Assembly: GCA_030141605.1 (NCBI GenBank)
Contig: JAQGDQ010000530.1
Location: 62,001-126,000 of the forward strand
Direction of reading: 5' to 3'
DNA length: 64,000 nt
Origin: Tubiluchus corallicola
Lineage: Eukaryota; Animalia; Priapulida
Part shown: positions 1 through 14,205 of the stretch, piece after piece
Layout: every line of letters starts with the position of its first letter
Numbering within the stretch: the first letter of the stretch is position 1
The notes under the pieces: generated by a model
The model's database searches: none
What the model was told of the DNA's origin: nothing
What the model saw: only the letters and a program-made list of their open reading frames with translations
Made by a program: the position numbers and the translations under genes

Positions 1-3000
1 GACATGGCGACCAAGGTTAAGTCAACAAGATCCAGTTTTAGAGGCAACTAAAACATAAACACATCACTAAAATGCCGTTCAGTTCTGCTAAAAAACTAAT
101 TTTATGCTTAAACTAGTTTGCCAAAAAACTAACATTTTCTAATTGAAACTGCTATAAAATTCATGATTTCATTTCAACTTCAACAAATTATTACGTTAAA
201 CAAATGAGCTTAATAAAAAATTAACGTAACTTGAATTTTCAGGTAAACTATTTTGAAAGCTTCGATTTAGTTACAGAAATTACAAAAATTGGAGGCAAGA
301 GAAAGAAAGAAAAGAAATCAAAAGAAAAGAAAATGGAACAAATACCATGTATATATTGATTTAAGAAATGACCCCCTATCATTACAAAAGATTATATCAA
401 AGCATCCTGAACCAAGCAGCATTATATATATGCAGTATAAAGTACATAATGCAGTCATTATTACATACATATATTACATACATACAGCATAATTTATGTG
501 CTACGTATGATCAGTTTCTTTTTGGTAGAGCTACATGTTATTATCAAATATTAACAGTTTGACCCTCTGCACTGATTAATATAATTGTATTGTTGTTGCT
601 ACGGTGCCATTTAAGTGATAGTACTTTTTATAGGCTCGGTCACATTCTCTCAAACACGAATAACTTTCGCCAGGCAACTTATTAGCACAGCAAAGAAACC
701 GAAGTGCAAGGTGGAACAGTCAGTTGTTTGTTGTTCTGTATGTTGATACTGGGAACAATTTTCATACTAGTTATTATAGATGCCCTCTACCACACTGCAA
801 AAATATATACAGGAAGGAATAACATTAGTTAATTAAAGGAAAATCGGACAATTGATAAGGCTCAATCTCATTTTAATTTACTGTGAAAAATATACATTTT
901 CTTGCCTATAAAATATAGCAACTGTTTTTAATATTTGAATAATTACATTGGAAAGTTAATTAATGGCAACCGTACACAGCTAACGCTTACGTCACCAACT
1001 AACCACAGTTTGTGCAATTCTTCCCTGCACATCAAATACGTTTGCGTAACCGAAGATTGCCATAAGATGCTGATGTGATGTCACGAAAATGAGTTCTACA
1101 TCACACTGACGACACGAAAGAACACTGCAGTTCATGGCCATGCTTATCACGGCACCGCGTCTATTTTTCACCCATGCAAATGTGCCAAAAAAGCACCACT
1201 GACAGTCCTAGTGGATTTGCTGAGCAGTACGTAGCTTTGAAAGTTTAATAAAATTTAACTGTACGAGGTAATTATTATTTAACCTAACCTTTGATTCAAA
1301 AAAGCTGTTGTAGTTTTCAATATTTTAGATCGTATTTTATTTTGACCTAATATCCACACAAGTCCTTTAAGGAATTGGAAAATGCAAAAAAGAAAACAAG
1401 CAACGTCACGCCTACCAGAAATACATGGTAGATTACATACGTTACCTTAGGAGTAGCTTCTGCAGCTGCCGCTCTTCTCTGGGCATTCTCCAACTGTTGC
1501 TGAAGAAAAAGATTTTGCATTGCTAACGATTTGGTATCGGGAGATTGATTCACATTCTTAGCTGCCGGCGCCTGTAATGATTTTATATCACGGATTTGAT
1601 CTGTCGTGTCTTCAACTGCCGGTCTTTCCAACTTTTCCGAATCAAGAACTGTCACTACGGGTGATTCGCTACATGCTTTGTTACTTGGTTCTACTTTGAC
1701 GGTAATCTTGAAACCTAAGGGCACCTCGGTTTCAGGAGAATTGCTATACGGTGTCAATTCTGTAGGCGTAGCAGGAGTAGGAGGTGGAGGGCTAGGTACA
1801 GGTACTCTGCCAGCAGGCACACATTCCTAGGAAAAAGTTATGAGGACAGGAAATTATGTTAATGCAGAAAAGACATGCTCCTAAAAGTATAATCGATCTA
1901 GCTGACTCCCCTTTTCTAAACAGCCATTCATTAGTACAAAATGGATGTGGTTATCATAGTACGTTAGTAACTTGTCTTACATGTTAGAAGGAAGTGGTCA
2001 GTCTGGATCTGCTGACACAAATACACAGCTGACCAGATTTTGAATTCAGTATCCAGAAACACCGGGATCTGCCAGTCATGCAACAATAACATTGTGTATG
2101 TTCAAACAAATTATAGCTGCTTTATGAACATATGCAGTACATGTCAGATGGCATGTCCTATTGCACATGTAAGAGTTAAAAAACTATTTGACTATTGCAA
2201 CAGGACCTTCCACGGCATTAGTTAAAATGAGTTAGCAATGTTACAGTTGATACAAACACAAAAATTTAACCCAGTTCTATGTATAAAACAGCAGTAAAAC
2301 AGTAAAGAATCAGCAACATTTTTAGTAGTGGTATCACAGTTGCATGTTTTTTATAAGAACTGGCAAATACAAACATCTTCTTTCATTTTATTTGCAAAAT
2401 CGAATGCTGAATTACAAATCATCAACTATCAAATTTTGGTAAAACTGCAATCAGCTTACAATGACAGTAACTTTTTTTCAAACAGTGTTTCCTACTTCTA
2501 TCTAACATCAAAATTTAACTTAGTGACTGTGAATAAAGTTTAGCAGACCTAAAACCGATAGAACAATCCGAACTTCTTTAACTTTCATTAAACTTTCTAT
2601 TACCTTATTGGAAAACATAGAGCCTTCTTGTAAGTTCTCATCAATTTCAGCTTCTGCCTATGAAAAAAAGCGTAAAGAACTCATTGTTATATCAGGACAA
2701 ATTTAAATTGTTTCATTATTAAAAATTCAAAACACAAATATTCCAAACAGAAGAATGTAAGTTCCCTAGCAACACATCCAGACTACAAAAAATGTGCAAC
2801 AGAGACCTCAAAAACACGTGACTATTCAACACACTATAGAAGGAAGCAATGGACAGAAATATTAGAACGTATAACAGAAGTTTTATTGCATGCCTAATGA
2901 CAACTCGTTAAAATTACAAAAGAAAAAGAACGACATGCATTTAAAGCTAGTATATAGGCAGCTAAGCAACTATTTGCAAACTACAGCAGGACCCAAAACT

Positions 3001-3186
3001 ATTCAAGTAACAATGGACTCTTCTTCGTAATGTTTTGCAATAATTCTCACTGGCTATATCTACAGGCGATTCGCCTTCTACCGTCACCTTCTACAAGTGA
3101 TTATGATAAATGGCAAGCTCTTATTAACTGCTGTGTTGTTGCTCATTCGCTTACACACTTGTTTCTCTCTCTCTTTGCCTCTCCTC

Positions 3187-3247
<61 letters not shown>

Positions 3248-3273
3248 CTCTCTCTTTCTCTCTCTCACTCTCA

Positions 3274-3306
<33 letters not shown>

Positions 3307-6300
3307 TCTCACTCACTCTCTCTGTTTGTTTCATTCTCTCCCTTTCTAACATTGTCTCTCAATATTTACATTGTTTGATAACAAAAATTCCAAACAATGT
3401 AAGTTCCCTAGCAATACATCTATACTAGAAGCTGTGTCATAGACCTCGAAAATACGCAATTATGCAACACAGCTTCTCTCTACAAATTTTAATAAAATTG
3501 ACCAATAAGATACTGATACCCACTAAATTAGATACAATAACAATATTCCTAGAATATCATTGATGCGATAATGATAAAAACAAATTTTTCATATCAATAC
3601 AATAATTATACGTATCATTATCTTTAACATGCCCGCACTCGAGTGTAGTGTTAAACAAACATATAACCTTCTTGTCATATTAGGGGGATTTGGTAAAGCA
3701 CAGAACTAGTCAAAACTATTTTTCCAGCAATAAGCTTGTGTTCATAAGAAACTTAGTTATAAAAAACTTCATATGTATGGTAGCAGGTGCTCTAGTATTG
3801 TTTTGTTTTGTTTACAAGTGCAAAATAAATTAGTATCTAAATTTTCTTTTTGATTTCTGGCATGCTTCCGTTAACATTTATTATTTGCTGCTGATGAGAA
3901 ACCCTTGATTTGTTTAGGCAATCCGTCATTATACGTGTGCTTGCATAGCAAAATCGTCCATAAGTCGGCAATTAAGCTTTTCTAGTTATTCACATATCCT
4001 GAATTTCCATTTCATGAGGATCATTTTGATATCAATCTAGTTGCTCTATGTTATTTCTAAAATGAGATAATCCACATTGCAGCTGAGGAGCACTACGCAC
4101 TGAAAAACGTAACCTGGAGAAAAACGCGTTTAAAGTCTGCCATTGTTTTTGTCGCGTGGCTACAAAACAGTTAGCAACCGTACAAAAGTGGACTTTACAA
4201 GAGTAAATTGAAGTTATGTTTAAATCCAGTAGATAACTCTTCCTGATGAGTCTTGTCAGCAGAAAAAAACCCCAAAGCAAATTTTTGGTGCTTTCTGCTT
4301 TGAAGCATCATAACGTAGTTTTAACTATGTCGACTTATGGACGGTCTTGGTTTGCAAGCATAAACGTTTATTTTATTATATTCTTTTGATTATACTACCT
4401 GAATGCAAGCTTAATTACTACGTAAGGTTTCATTTGACTTGAGTTTTACAATAACGTAGTTCAGTATAAAAAATCTACAGTATGATAATACTGCAGCTAT
4501 ACATGCTTAGAAAATGTGGCATTAAATTTAAAATTTTGATTATGATATAAGGGTGACTGTTTAGATGACCTCTGGTCTTTCCCCACCCCGTCTCTAGTTT
4601 CATTTTCTAATCAATGTTTTTGTAATGTACTTTTTAACACAAGACAAAAGGACGAATAAATGTATTGAACTGAATTGAACTGAAAGTAACCAATCCTTTC
4701 AAAGCTGTTGAAATTGGCTTTGCTAACTCCCTCTTCAAGAAACAAAATGGAAAACAAACTGAAAGACATCGTTGAAAAAAGTGTTGAAGGTAAAAAGGGA
4801 AACGTACCTTAGGCAAGTCAGGCATCACGTCAACTCTTGCATTTCTAACTACTGATTCAGGAGAAATGTTAGGACGTGCAGGAAGAGGTACAGGAAGGGG
4901 TGGAGAAGAGGTGACAGCCACATCATCTGATGGTAAACTATGCCTCACGCAATGCTGAAAGGCTGTACAAAGATTACACTTCATTTTAGCTTTCAGCATC
5001 TCCAACGGATTTTCAACACTTGGGATTGACTGACGCATTGGAATAGTTCTACGCTGCTTTGCTTGTAGGAAAGTGTGAAACTTTAATGTCACCAAAAAAC
5101 AAATGTCAGAAATTCGACAGGGAGTGCCGGCATGACCTTTCATCGGGTCACAGTCCATACAGTCGCAGAGTTTTGCTTTTTCTGGGTACTCCTTCACAAG
5201 ATGCTTAATGAACTCTTCTGTCTTGTTAATATCTTTATAAGAACCAAGGTAAAAGTGTTCAGCCTCAGTGACCAGCTGATTTATTACATTTTCATTCATA
5301 ACGGTAAAATGGCGGTGACTACAAGTTCCTGGTTTTATGATAGCGTAATCAATATGATTTGCATGCCATTGTTCTACCACCTGAGCTTGAACATCTCCAC
5401 TACTGGTACCAGCATCAGACCGAAATGACGCATCTGGAGTAAAAGGATGGCTAAACACTGGAGACGTATCATCCTGGAAAGTGGATGAAATTCCTTCACA
5501 CTTTGATGTCACTGGTACAACTAGATCCTGCTTCATAACCAGTTCTCCATCAGAACTGTCTGATATACAAACTTTCTTCTGCTTAGTCCATTTACTGTGC
5601 TCACGGTCATCTTTCTCTCCAGTGGCAGCAGGTAAATCAGATTTTTCATCAGGTATAGCTTTACCTGCATTTGCAGCTGTATCTTCACGTTCTGTTGATT
5701 TCTTAGATTTCACTTTATCTCCTAATCTCTTCCTTATGTAAAACAAGCTATCAGCTACAGCCTCACTGGCAACAGGATGTTCATGTTTACCATTTAGAGA
5801 AGTGGATTCGTTTGAATTTGACGATTCATGAATCGACGCATGATCTTCTAACTTCTCATCAGACGAGTCTGAATCAGGTTTTGCACTAAATTTCTTTCGT
5901 ATATAAAACAGACTGTCAGCTGTACTTGCACCAAGACCAGATGGTTTAACAAAAGATGAATAATTAGGGTCGTGTTCACTACTGTTTTTACGTACTATCT
6001 GACGAACATGTTCAGTAAAACTATTATGATCATATTGCACAGGCAAGGTTTGTGCACTTTTATCCACAGCATCAACAAGTTTTGTTTTGGTTTCTTTAGA
6101 AGACGATGGCAAATTGCGATATTTTTCTTGGACCTCATAGCCCCTTGTAACAAACCCTGCATGTGCTGGTTGTAGTTGATTGATAAATGGATCTTGGCCT
6201 GTTGCAATGTAATAGTTCTCTGCCAATGGTGCATGCTCTCTAACAGGTACATAACTACTAGTATAATCAGGTCTTCCGATCCCCTGACCTCTATAATAGG

Positions 6301-9300
6301 GAGCCGTGGATCTATATTTCCAGTGAAGAAAAGGATCAACTTGATGTAAATCGGATTCGTAAGAGTGTGGATACACCAGTTTAGAAACAGGTGTATATTG
6401 CTTTTGAGTTACAGTAATACGACCCTGATTGAAATGTGAGCTTAAACTGGGAGGAAAAGATCGTTTTCCTGTGACAACATCGTACTGCCTCGACAACACA
6501 CAATTGCTCAAACTGTCATCACTTCCAGGGCTAGAGAAACCAGTCTCCACTGTACATTGATTACAATCGTAATACGGATTGTAACTGCTGTGGCTGAATG
6601 AGGGTACTTCACTCTTGTATTCGTCAAAATTTTCTTTCGTCAAAACATGATTTTGCAAACTTCTATCAGCATACATACGATTGGTATGTTCTACAGCACG
6701 CTTGTTTAGTAGATACGGAGTTTCTAATTTAATTTCTGATGCACTTTCAACGCGGTAACGCTTGCAGGTGTTTTTGGAATCATTGAAACGGACATTTAAA
6801 TTTTTTCGTGCTGGTTTGTCAACAGACTCAGCCAATAAGTAGTCATTGACTGATAAGTTGTCATTGAAGCTGACAGGAGTGTTCCTATAAAGATCTTTTT
6901 CAGTAAGATCCGATTCCTGTACTGCAGTTACTTGGAACCTGCACTTTTTTGGAGGTGACTTTGATGACGACTTTTGATCAACCAACTGAGCATATGGTTT
7001 GTTATCCTCGTCAGAAGAAATATCATCACCGTCCATGGCTGATCTTCTAACAGAACTTTCCATGTGTTTTCTTGACCTTCCATGCCGCTCAGCAAATGTG
7101 TCTTTTACATTAGCAGTTGGCGTTTCTCTACTCTTGTCAACAAACTCAGGTTTCTTATCGGAATTTAATTTTTCTTCAGCCATTTTATCTTCAGTAGTTG
7201 CATCAGTTTGCACAGGATTTCCCTGGCTGGCTGTGCCTCTAGCACTATGAGAAGGTAGATCACTACTGTACAAAAGTGCTATTTCACTACCAGCATGTGG
7301 TAATGCAATATCACCTCTTCTGCTATTACAGTTAGAGTCATCAACGACTTGAGGTTCCTAAACAGGTAAAGTGAACAAACAAGGAAAAAATATCAGTTTG
7401 TAGGGTTAATTTAGGATCAATACTTACATCACATTCCAGATAGCTAAGATTTAAATTAATACTTACTAGCAAAAGTCCTGCAAAAACATTTCGCTCAGAA
7501 TTCTAATAAAAAGTGCAGACATACTACATAGTGATTGTTTAGTAGTTTTTACCTCTTTAACAATGCTAATTGTGTATCAGATAGACAGTACGTATTCCCT
7601 GAAATGGAACTAATCAAAAGTCATACATCCGAGGGAAACTGTACTTAAAAAAGACAGGTTCCCATCTTGTACCCAATTCCTTAAAATTTCAATGAAAGGA
7701 GGTGCGTTTGAGAAATAACAATTACAGGCATTCCATGAAATCTAGATAGGCCTAATTTACTTTACCATTATCTAACCAATTTTGGCTCAGTCTGTGCCGC
7801 ACTTTGGTCCAGTTTTCTTAAACTAAGAGCACACCTTTTCCAAAAAAAACACAAAAACAAATTTTTCATGGCAATTTGCTTACAACATTTCACGTTTTGA
7901 AAAAAGTCAGTGAAATCAAACTTGGTCAAGATCATTTGCCTTATATGTTGTTGTCTAAGAAAGGAAGTGAAGCCACTGAGTGTGCAGCTGCAAAATTACA
8001 TATTGATGTATGTAAGGACCAATACCCGGCTATTTAATTCACACTAGAGGCTAAAGCGGCTTTTACCAATGCAAAATGTTTTTGCATTAATGCATATCTA
8101 GCCGCGTATAAAAAATCAATAGGAAAACCTAGAGAAACAGTAACACAGGTCTGATAAATGGATTCAATCAAAAACAAACAAATTTTATTTTGTAGATATT
8201 TTGTAGCCTATATTTTATAAATCATAAAATTAAACACGATTTTGCTCAAATAAATTCATACACGGTTTGATATTTCGTTGAATGGGCCCTGGAGACACTA
8301 AAACTTCACGGTTGTCAACACTGAAGATATGCCACATTGCCGGTAAAAATACAACCCAAATTGTTATTTCGCCGAAACCAAAACTTAACCGAAACTGCAA
8401 TTACTGGCAAACCGAAACGAAATTTTATTTCGATAAAATCCCTGTTTACAGTATTGTACAGTCACTGTCAGTTGCACAAGTCTGGTAAAGATAAATATGG
8501 CTTCTACATTAAGCAAGCAAGCAAGTACATTTAAAGAAAATAAGAAAAAAGAGAAGTTGAAAATAGCACCTTATACAATAAAACTCCCCCATACAATTCT
8601 TATTACACTCTGACTAATCACACGCACCTGTAGAGCTCCTAAGGTTGTCTTTGTAGTAAATTTCACCTGGTTTCTCCTCGGTGGATGCTGCGGATGCTGA
8701 TCTCTGCTAGAACTGCTGGGCTCAAGCCCGGAAGAATACATTTGCCCTAAACCGTCAACAAAGTTTCGTTATTTTTTATTTACTCATAGTTATATTTCCT
8801 TCAAGTTTTAACTACAACAGGAAATCACAGTAAATATCCTTACAATGTTGTATAAAAACAAGATGGCCTCCTAAACTGTAAATTGGTTAGTACAAATGCG
8901 TCAAATTTAATATCTTATTTATAAAGTGCAACCTATGCAGTTCACAAAGCAGTCATTGTACACAAACTCGTAAAGTTTATAAATTACAAAATAATTGTGC
9001 TTTTGGGAATTAGAATCTTCATGATTCAAGAATGAATACCCAGAGATGCGGTCAAGTATTTCTGAAGTACAATACGTAACGTAGAAGCCTAGCAGCTAAA
9101 TCAATTATAGAAACTAACAAGACCCATGGCTCAAGTAATCAGTGTTACAAACATACGTTACTATCGGAGATTGGGAAAATGAATTTTTAGAATGAAAATA
9201 AAAGCCAGAAACCACTTAAGCTAAGACACGGCTTTTACTCAGATGCACCATCTGCAATGTTTTGACCAGTTAAGGTCGTGTTCATGCAACAATCCACCTA

Positions 9301-12300
9301 AATTAAAACACAGTGCCATTTTTGTTTACAAAGATCAACATTGTGAGAAGCAAACAAGATGAATACTAAATTGTAAACTTACAGATCGTGTGAAAGACAG
9401 AAAAAATAAAGTTTCAATTTATTCTCTGACCAATGCCTGTGATAATAAGGTCACAATATTTACAAAATTTAGGTCATAAACTGTCATAATTATCTTCTTA
9501 AACAACATCACATGCCCTCTGAGTGCCCCTATTAGCTATGGCTTCCTTGGTCTCCCTAAAACATATATAATCTAATGTTGTTGTTCATGTTAATAAGTAC
9601 ACAAACACACACATTATTGGTAATATCTATTTTATGTACCATCAACTGATATTCATTGTAAAACTGCAGTTATATTAATTCAAATAAATTGAAACTGATT
9701 TGAATTGATTATGTTTTGCGTAAAAGTTTCTTTTATCACCATCCATTACCGATTGTGGTCGAAATGTTGTAGACGTTTGTGTCTGAATAAAAGCCATGTC
9801 ACTGCTTAAATGGGTGCTGGATGTTATTTTCATTTTAAGAGTACGTTACTATGCCAAGTAATGCTGTATGTCAATAGGAATTTTTGAAACAGCAAGAGTG
9901 AAACATTCAAAAACTCTCAAATCTATAAGGAGCTACCTACACTCTAAATTTACAGGGTGATCGTTGCACTTTTCAGTTGAGATTTTATTACCATGACTCT
10001 AAGGTATACTGACAATAGAAATCAATGAGTAGTAGGCATTTTGTTACTTCTGCATTCCTAATTTCTATATTTTGCTAGAAACACATGAATAGTGCACTGT
10101 CTGTAGGACTTTTCTGCATTTAGTGAGAATAATGCAGGATTTATGTGTCGCTTTACTTAAATAGGAAAATAATTTACTAATGTCACAATAACAGGAAAAA
10201 AGAGTCCTTAGGCATTATCATAGATGTTCGTCAAAATTAACATTTTTATGAAGTTAGGCATACTTAACTTTTGGCACAAAATTACTTGGTGTACAGGACT
10301 TAAATTTGAAATCTGGAATACTACTGTTGGAGATAAATTGATTAGATAAATGGATTATTTTTAGACAAGTTAAAGAGAAGTTTAATTTCTATTTGATGTA
10401 ACATTTCTGCTTTGTAACACTACATTTACAATTTTGTTTTAATTTATAACATAAAAATTACTCACACCTAAATGATTAAATTTTTTAATTCAGTTCCTAT
10501 TTTATAATCATCTTGTAATCACACCTGAATTTGCAAAATGGTTTACTTTCTTTTCTCAGAATTTGAAGTTTTATTTTTGGGACATCCCGTCAGCTACAAT
10601 TACTGAACATATAAAAAATGGGAAATGTGAATTTTCTGTTTTTTTTTTGTATATTTGAGGTGATTCTGGACTGTGAACCCATGCATATCTTTGCAATAGC
10701 CTGCTTGTACAATGCAAAAATAATAAAATATACGACCTACCAGAATTGAGGCGAGCTGGATTATTTGAGGTAAAACTGTGGGCAAAGTTTATAAACCAGC
10801 ACATAAATCTTGTCCCCAGTTTTGCATCAAGTAATCCTGCTGACTCAAGTAACCTCATTTTATGGTAAGTTAATGTTAATTTTATATACAATGTTATATG
10901 TACATTGCCTACCTGTTCCTGAGTTGCTGGTAGTTCCCTGGTTGCTATCTACAGCTGGGAGAGATATGGAACGTGCTGCTGGTATATCGTCTTCCTCTGC
11001 AGTAAAAAAAAACAAAATTTAGGCAAAAAAAAAAATTAATCCAAAATCATAATCTAACACCATTATAATTTTAAACAATGCAAAGATTTTGAAAAGGTAA
11101 GCAGCTGTGCTAAACATTAAAACTAATGTTCATCACAAAGGGTGAAATGTATCACACCGTATGTCGCAACAGTCACATCACGATGCATTCTCACATCAAC
11201 AATTAATACCACAAATAGCGACTCCTAGCCAATGAACTATCTGGACAGATTAAACAACTCAAACTCATTATGTCCACTCTTGAAAAGCTGCGTACATAGT
11301 TCAACTTTAATATCTTTACATTCATGAGTTTCAATAATAATGCTGTTAATATATTCTAACATTGCTTGATTCGCAGTCTACAAGGCTTAGTGTTTGACAC
11401 ACCATAGTGGTCAGACAACTTTCCTACCAAGAACGGTGATTTTAGAGATATTACATACTGCATGAGTTAGTTAACAGAAATATGAATGGCTGACATACTT
11501 TGATTAAATACAAATGGTTAATATTTGTTAGAATATCATGTTTCAACTAACAGCACATTTAAGAATGGCATGGCTCATATCACTAACAAATCATGACATA
11601 CATAAAGTTTGTACATACAAGAAATAGTTAACAATAGGGCCCAACCCACATCACACTGTACCCACCACACCACACCACACCACAACAACACGCCACGCCG
11701 CATCTTACCACACTCACCACATTACACCACACAATGAAGATGATGATGATGAAGATACCTACAACACCACTACCACCAAAGCAACAACAACAACAACAAC
11801 AATGCAGCTTCACCGCAGCATAGAGAAACCATGCAAAAAAATTTCACGGAAAGTTGTAATGCGTTATAGTGTGCAATGACAAATGCTGTTAGACCCATTC
11901 ACCAAAAATCAATAACATTTCTACTGCTTACTACGTTGCTTACTAATTCACAGGTGATAACAGCCTAACAGATTCAAGTTACATATCGCTCTCTATGACA
12001 CAGTAGAATGCTGGGTGATGACAATGCCTAGAATAGCTGAATAATTTTCGAAAGGCAAGGATAATAGGTATTTCAAATAGCGTGCAGCACTGCGGAGGTG
12101 ATAAAGCTTTGAAATATGCACTTCCCATTTCATCCAGTGGACACCTTGAATGAAACATTCACACCTTACAGATGTGGGCTCTTCCTCTTTTTGGAAATGG
12201 TCTAATTTTTTCAAAAGATGTCAAATTTATTTTTTTTTGGTGGCTGCTTGCAGTTTTTTTGGAAAAGTTGCCTACTACAGCCACCACCGTACGGACTTTC

Positions 12301-13332
12301 TAACCATTACTGGCCGCATCACTGATGCTTTTCCATTCTCTCGAATTATGGAACATAAGTTTTGTGTAAAAGCAAGTGAAAAACAGCAATTTTTGGTGAT
12401 TTTTCACCCCTTCACTTCCCCGTAGCTCAAATTCAAAACATAAACTGTCACTGGGACCACATTAGATTGAGATCTTTCTTGGCCACAAAAACCACATATA
12501 AGCAAATGAATCTGTCCAGACATACATCAGCTGAAACAACTAGCAAAACCCCACAAAAGAATTTTGCACACAGACCCACCTCAGCTATTCCTATACTACC
12601 AAACCACAACAAACCACACTACAGTGACTAAACCCATCTAAACAGTGGCTCACCTAATAAGCAAGCACAAAAACACATTTGCAAGAGAAAAAATTTACCT
12701 AGCATGTGGCCATAAGATAAATGGAGAGAAGTCGCTCGCTGTAGATGTTGCAACTGCTTTACTCGTGTGAGATCAACAGCTGGTGAACTTTCTCGTGGCA
12801 AAATCAACCGCCGCTGTGCTTCGCTAGAAAAAAGTAAATTTTACTTTTAACCATTGCAAGCTTTTACAGCAAACTTTACACAACAGCCTAAGACTCAAAC
12901 CAAAAACAAGACAAGCAGAAAAAACTTTCTGAGCAGCAACGGCCCTAGAAGGGCTGTCATAAATGCTAAACAGTGATACTGATTATAAATATCAATTTGC
13001 ATCCTTGTAGGTACTCGATATCTTGCTCATATTGAGCCAATTTTCAAAAGTCTTGGTTTGTTAAGATCTGAATGCATTGCACAGTTAAGGTGACTTAAGT
13101 TTAACTGCAAATTATGCCATGGCCTACTGTGTTTTTATTTTTCATCAGTTTGACCTTTTCAAGATCGTCATCAATGGCTGGAACTGTAAAAGGGCTTATT
13201 AGAGTTATTAGATAAAGATACTTCTAATGAGCAATGCTTAATAAATATAGATTTCACAGGGCAAAGGTGAATGGCTAGATTGGAAATAAGAGAGAGAGTG
13301 TGTGTGTGAGAGAGAGAAAGAGAGGAGAAAAA

Positions 13333-13412
<80 letters not shown>

Positions 13413-14205
13413 AATTGCAGGGAAAGACCTGGGGGAGAGAGAGGAAAATTGTAGGGAAAGACTAGGGGAGAGAGAGAGAGAGAGAGATTGCAGGGAAAGA
13501 CCAGGGGAGAAAGAAAGAGAGAAATTGCAGGGAAAAACCAGGGGAGAGAGAGAGTAAGTGAGAAGTGTGTGTGTGTGTGTGTGTGTGTGTGCATGCGCGC
13601 TTGTGTATGTGTATGAAATTTAAGACAGAGAGGGGAAAAGGGAGACAGAGAGTGAGAGAGTGTGAAAGAGAGAGTGAGAGAATAGATGAGCAACAATGCA
13701 AAAGTCAAGGCGACCTTTTGTTTTTGGCTTCTGCTAGTACGAAACTATGATCCATAAAGCACAAACGTTCTACATAGTATTAATACAAGAGACTGAAGTT
13801 GGTTGAGCAGCAGCAAATATCGTAAATCACTCACAGTTATTACTGTCATACTGAATACAGTTCAAAAGTTTACTGTTACACTGTACATAGACACATATAT
13901 TAAGTGTTCTATTTTATCACCATTAGAATAAAATAGTAAAAAACACTGGATGACCTATAGATAAAGAATAACTGAAAATAACTTTATTAAAGATTCATAA
14001 TTTGGATGTAATTACAAAAAGTTACCGGAAGAAGTTATGTTAAGAACTAACTAGCAATGGCATAAACTATAAACTTTACTATAATAACTTACGTATTGTC
14101 GCCGTCACTGTCCGAAGAAGAAGCATCATCACCCGACTCGGGACGATTACGAACGCACTTCAATGAATTCCTCTCATCCCCATTTGAAGAGTCGATTGGG
14201 TCCAT
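1..14205 (-). CDS. Large multi-exon protein of unknown function (>1150 aa, Ser/Asp/Pro-rich, probably mostly disordered); 3' end lies beyond the left window edge
   Basis: Phase-consistent GT-AG exons: 14205-14093 (MDPIDSSNG...), 12823-12699, 10996-10913, 8746-8628, 7357-4808 (2550-nt exon containing most of the 879-aa ORF), 2657-2604, 1826-1446 (or read-through to the stop at 1347), and 47-<1 (LPLKLDLVDLTLVAM, the only open frame there, matching phase 0). No family recognised. Confidence 0.8.
3163..3322. repeat. (CT)n microsatellite
   Basis: Read directly from the sequence. Confidence 0.95.
3932..4368. mobile_element. MITE-like element with ~40-bp imperfect TIRs
   Basis: gcttgcatagcaaaatcgtccataagtcggca at 3939 versus gtcgacttatggacggtcttggtttgcaagc at 4329 (inverted). 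Confidence 0.6.
13288..13595. repeat. Compound (GA)n/(GT)n microsatellite with ~4 gaaattgcagggaaagacc units
   Basis: Read directly from the sequence. Confidence 0.9.

Noticed and set aside
3030-3428. SL/ER/HT/poly-N/poly-L ORFs here and at 13238-13750, 20654-20881, 29630-29971, 41463-42187, 54474-54807 and 62713-62904
   Set aside because: These are translations of microsatellites.
4634-4807. C-terminal 57 aa of the 879-aa ORF as coding
   Set aside because: It follows a good donor (AAG|gtacg at 4807) that joins in phase to exon 2657-2604, so it is intron read-through.
5132-7250. Short plus-strand ORFs over the giant exon
   Set aside because: They are antisense shadows of a real coding exon.
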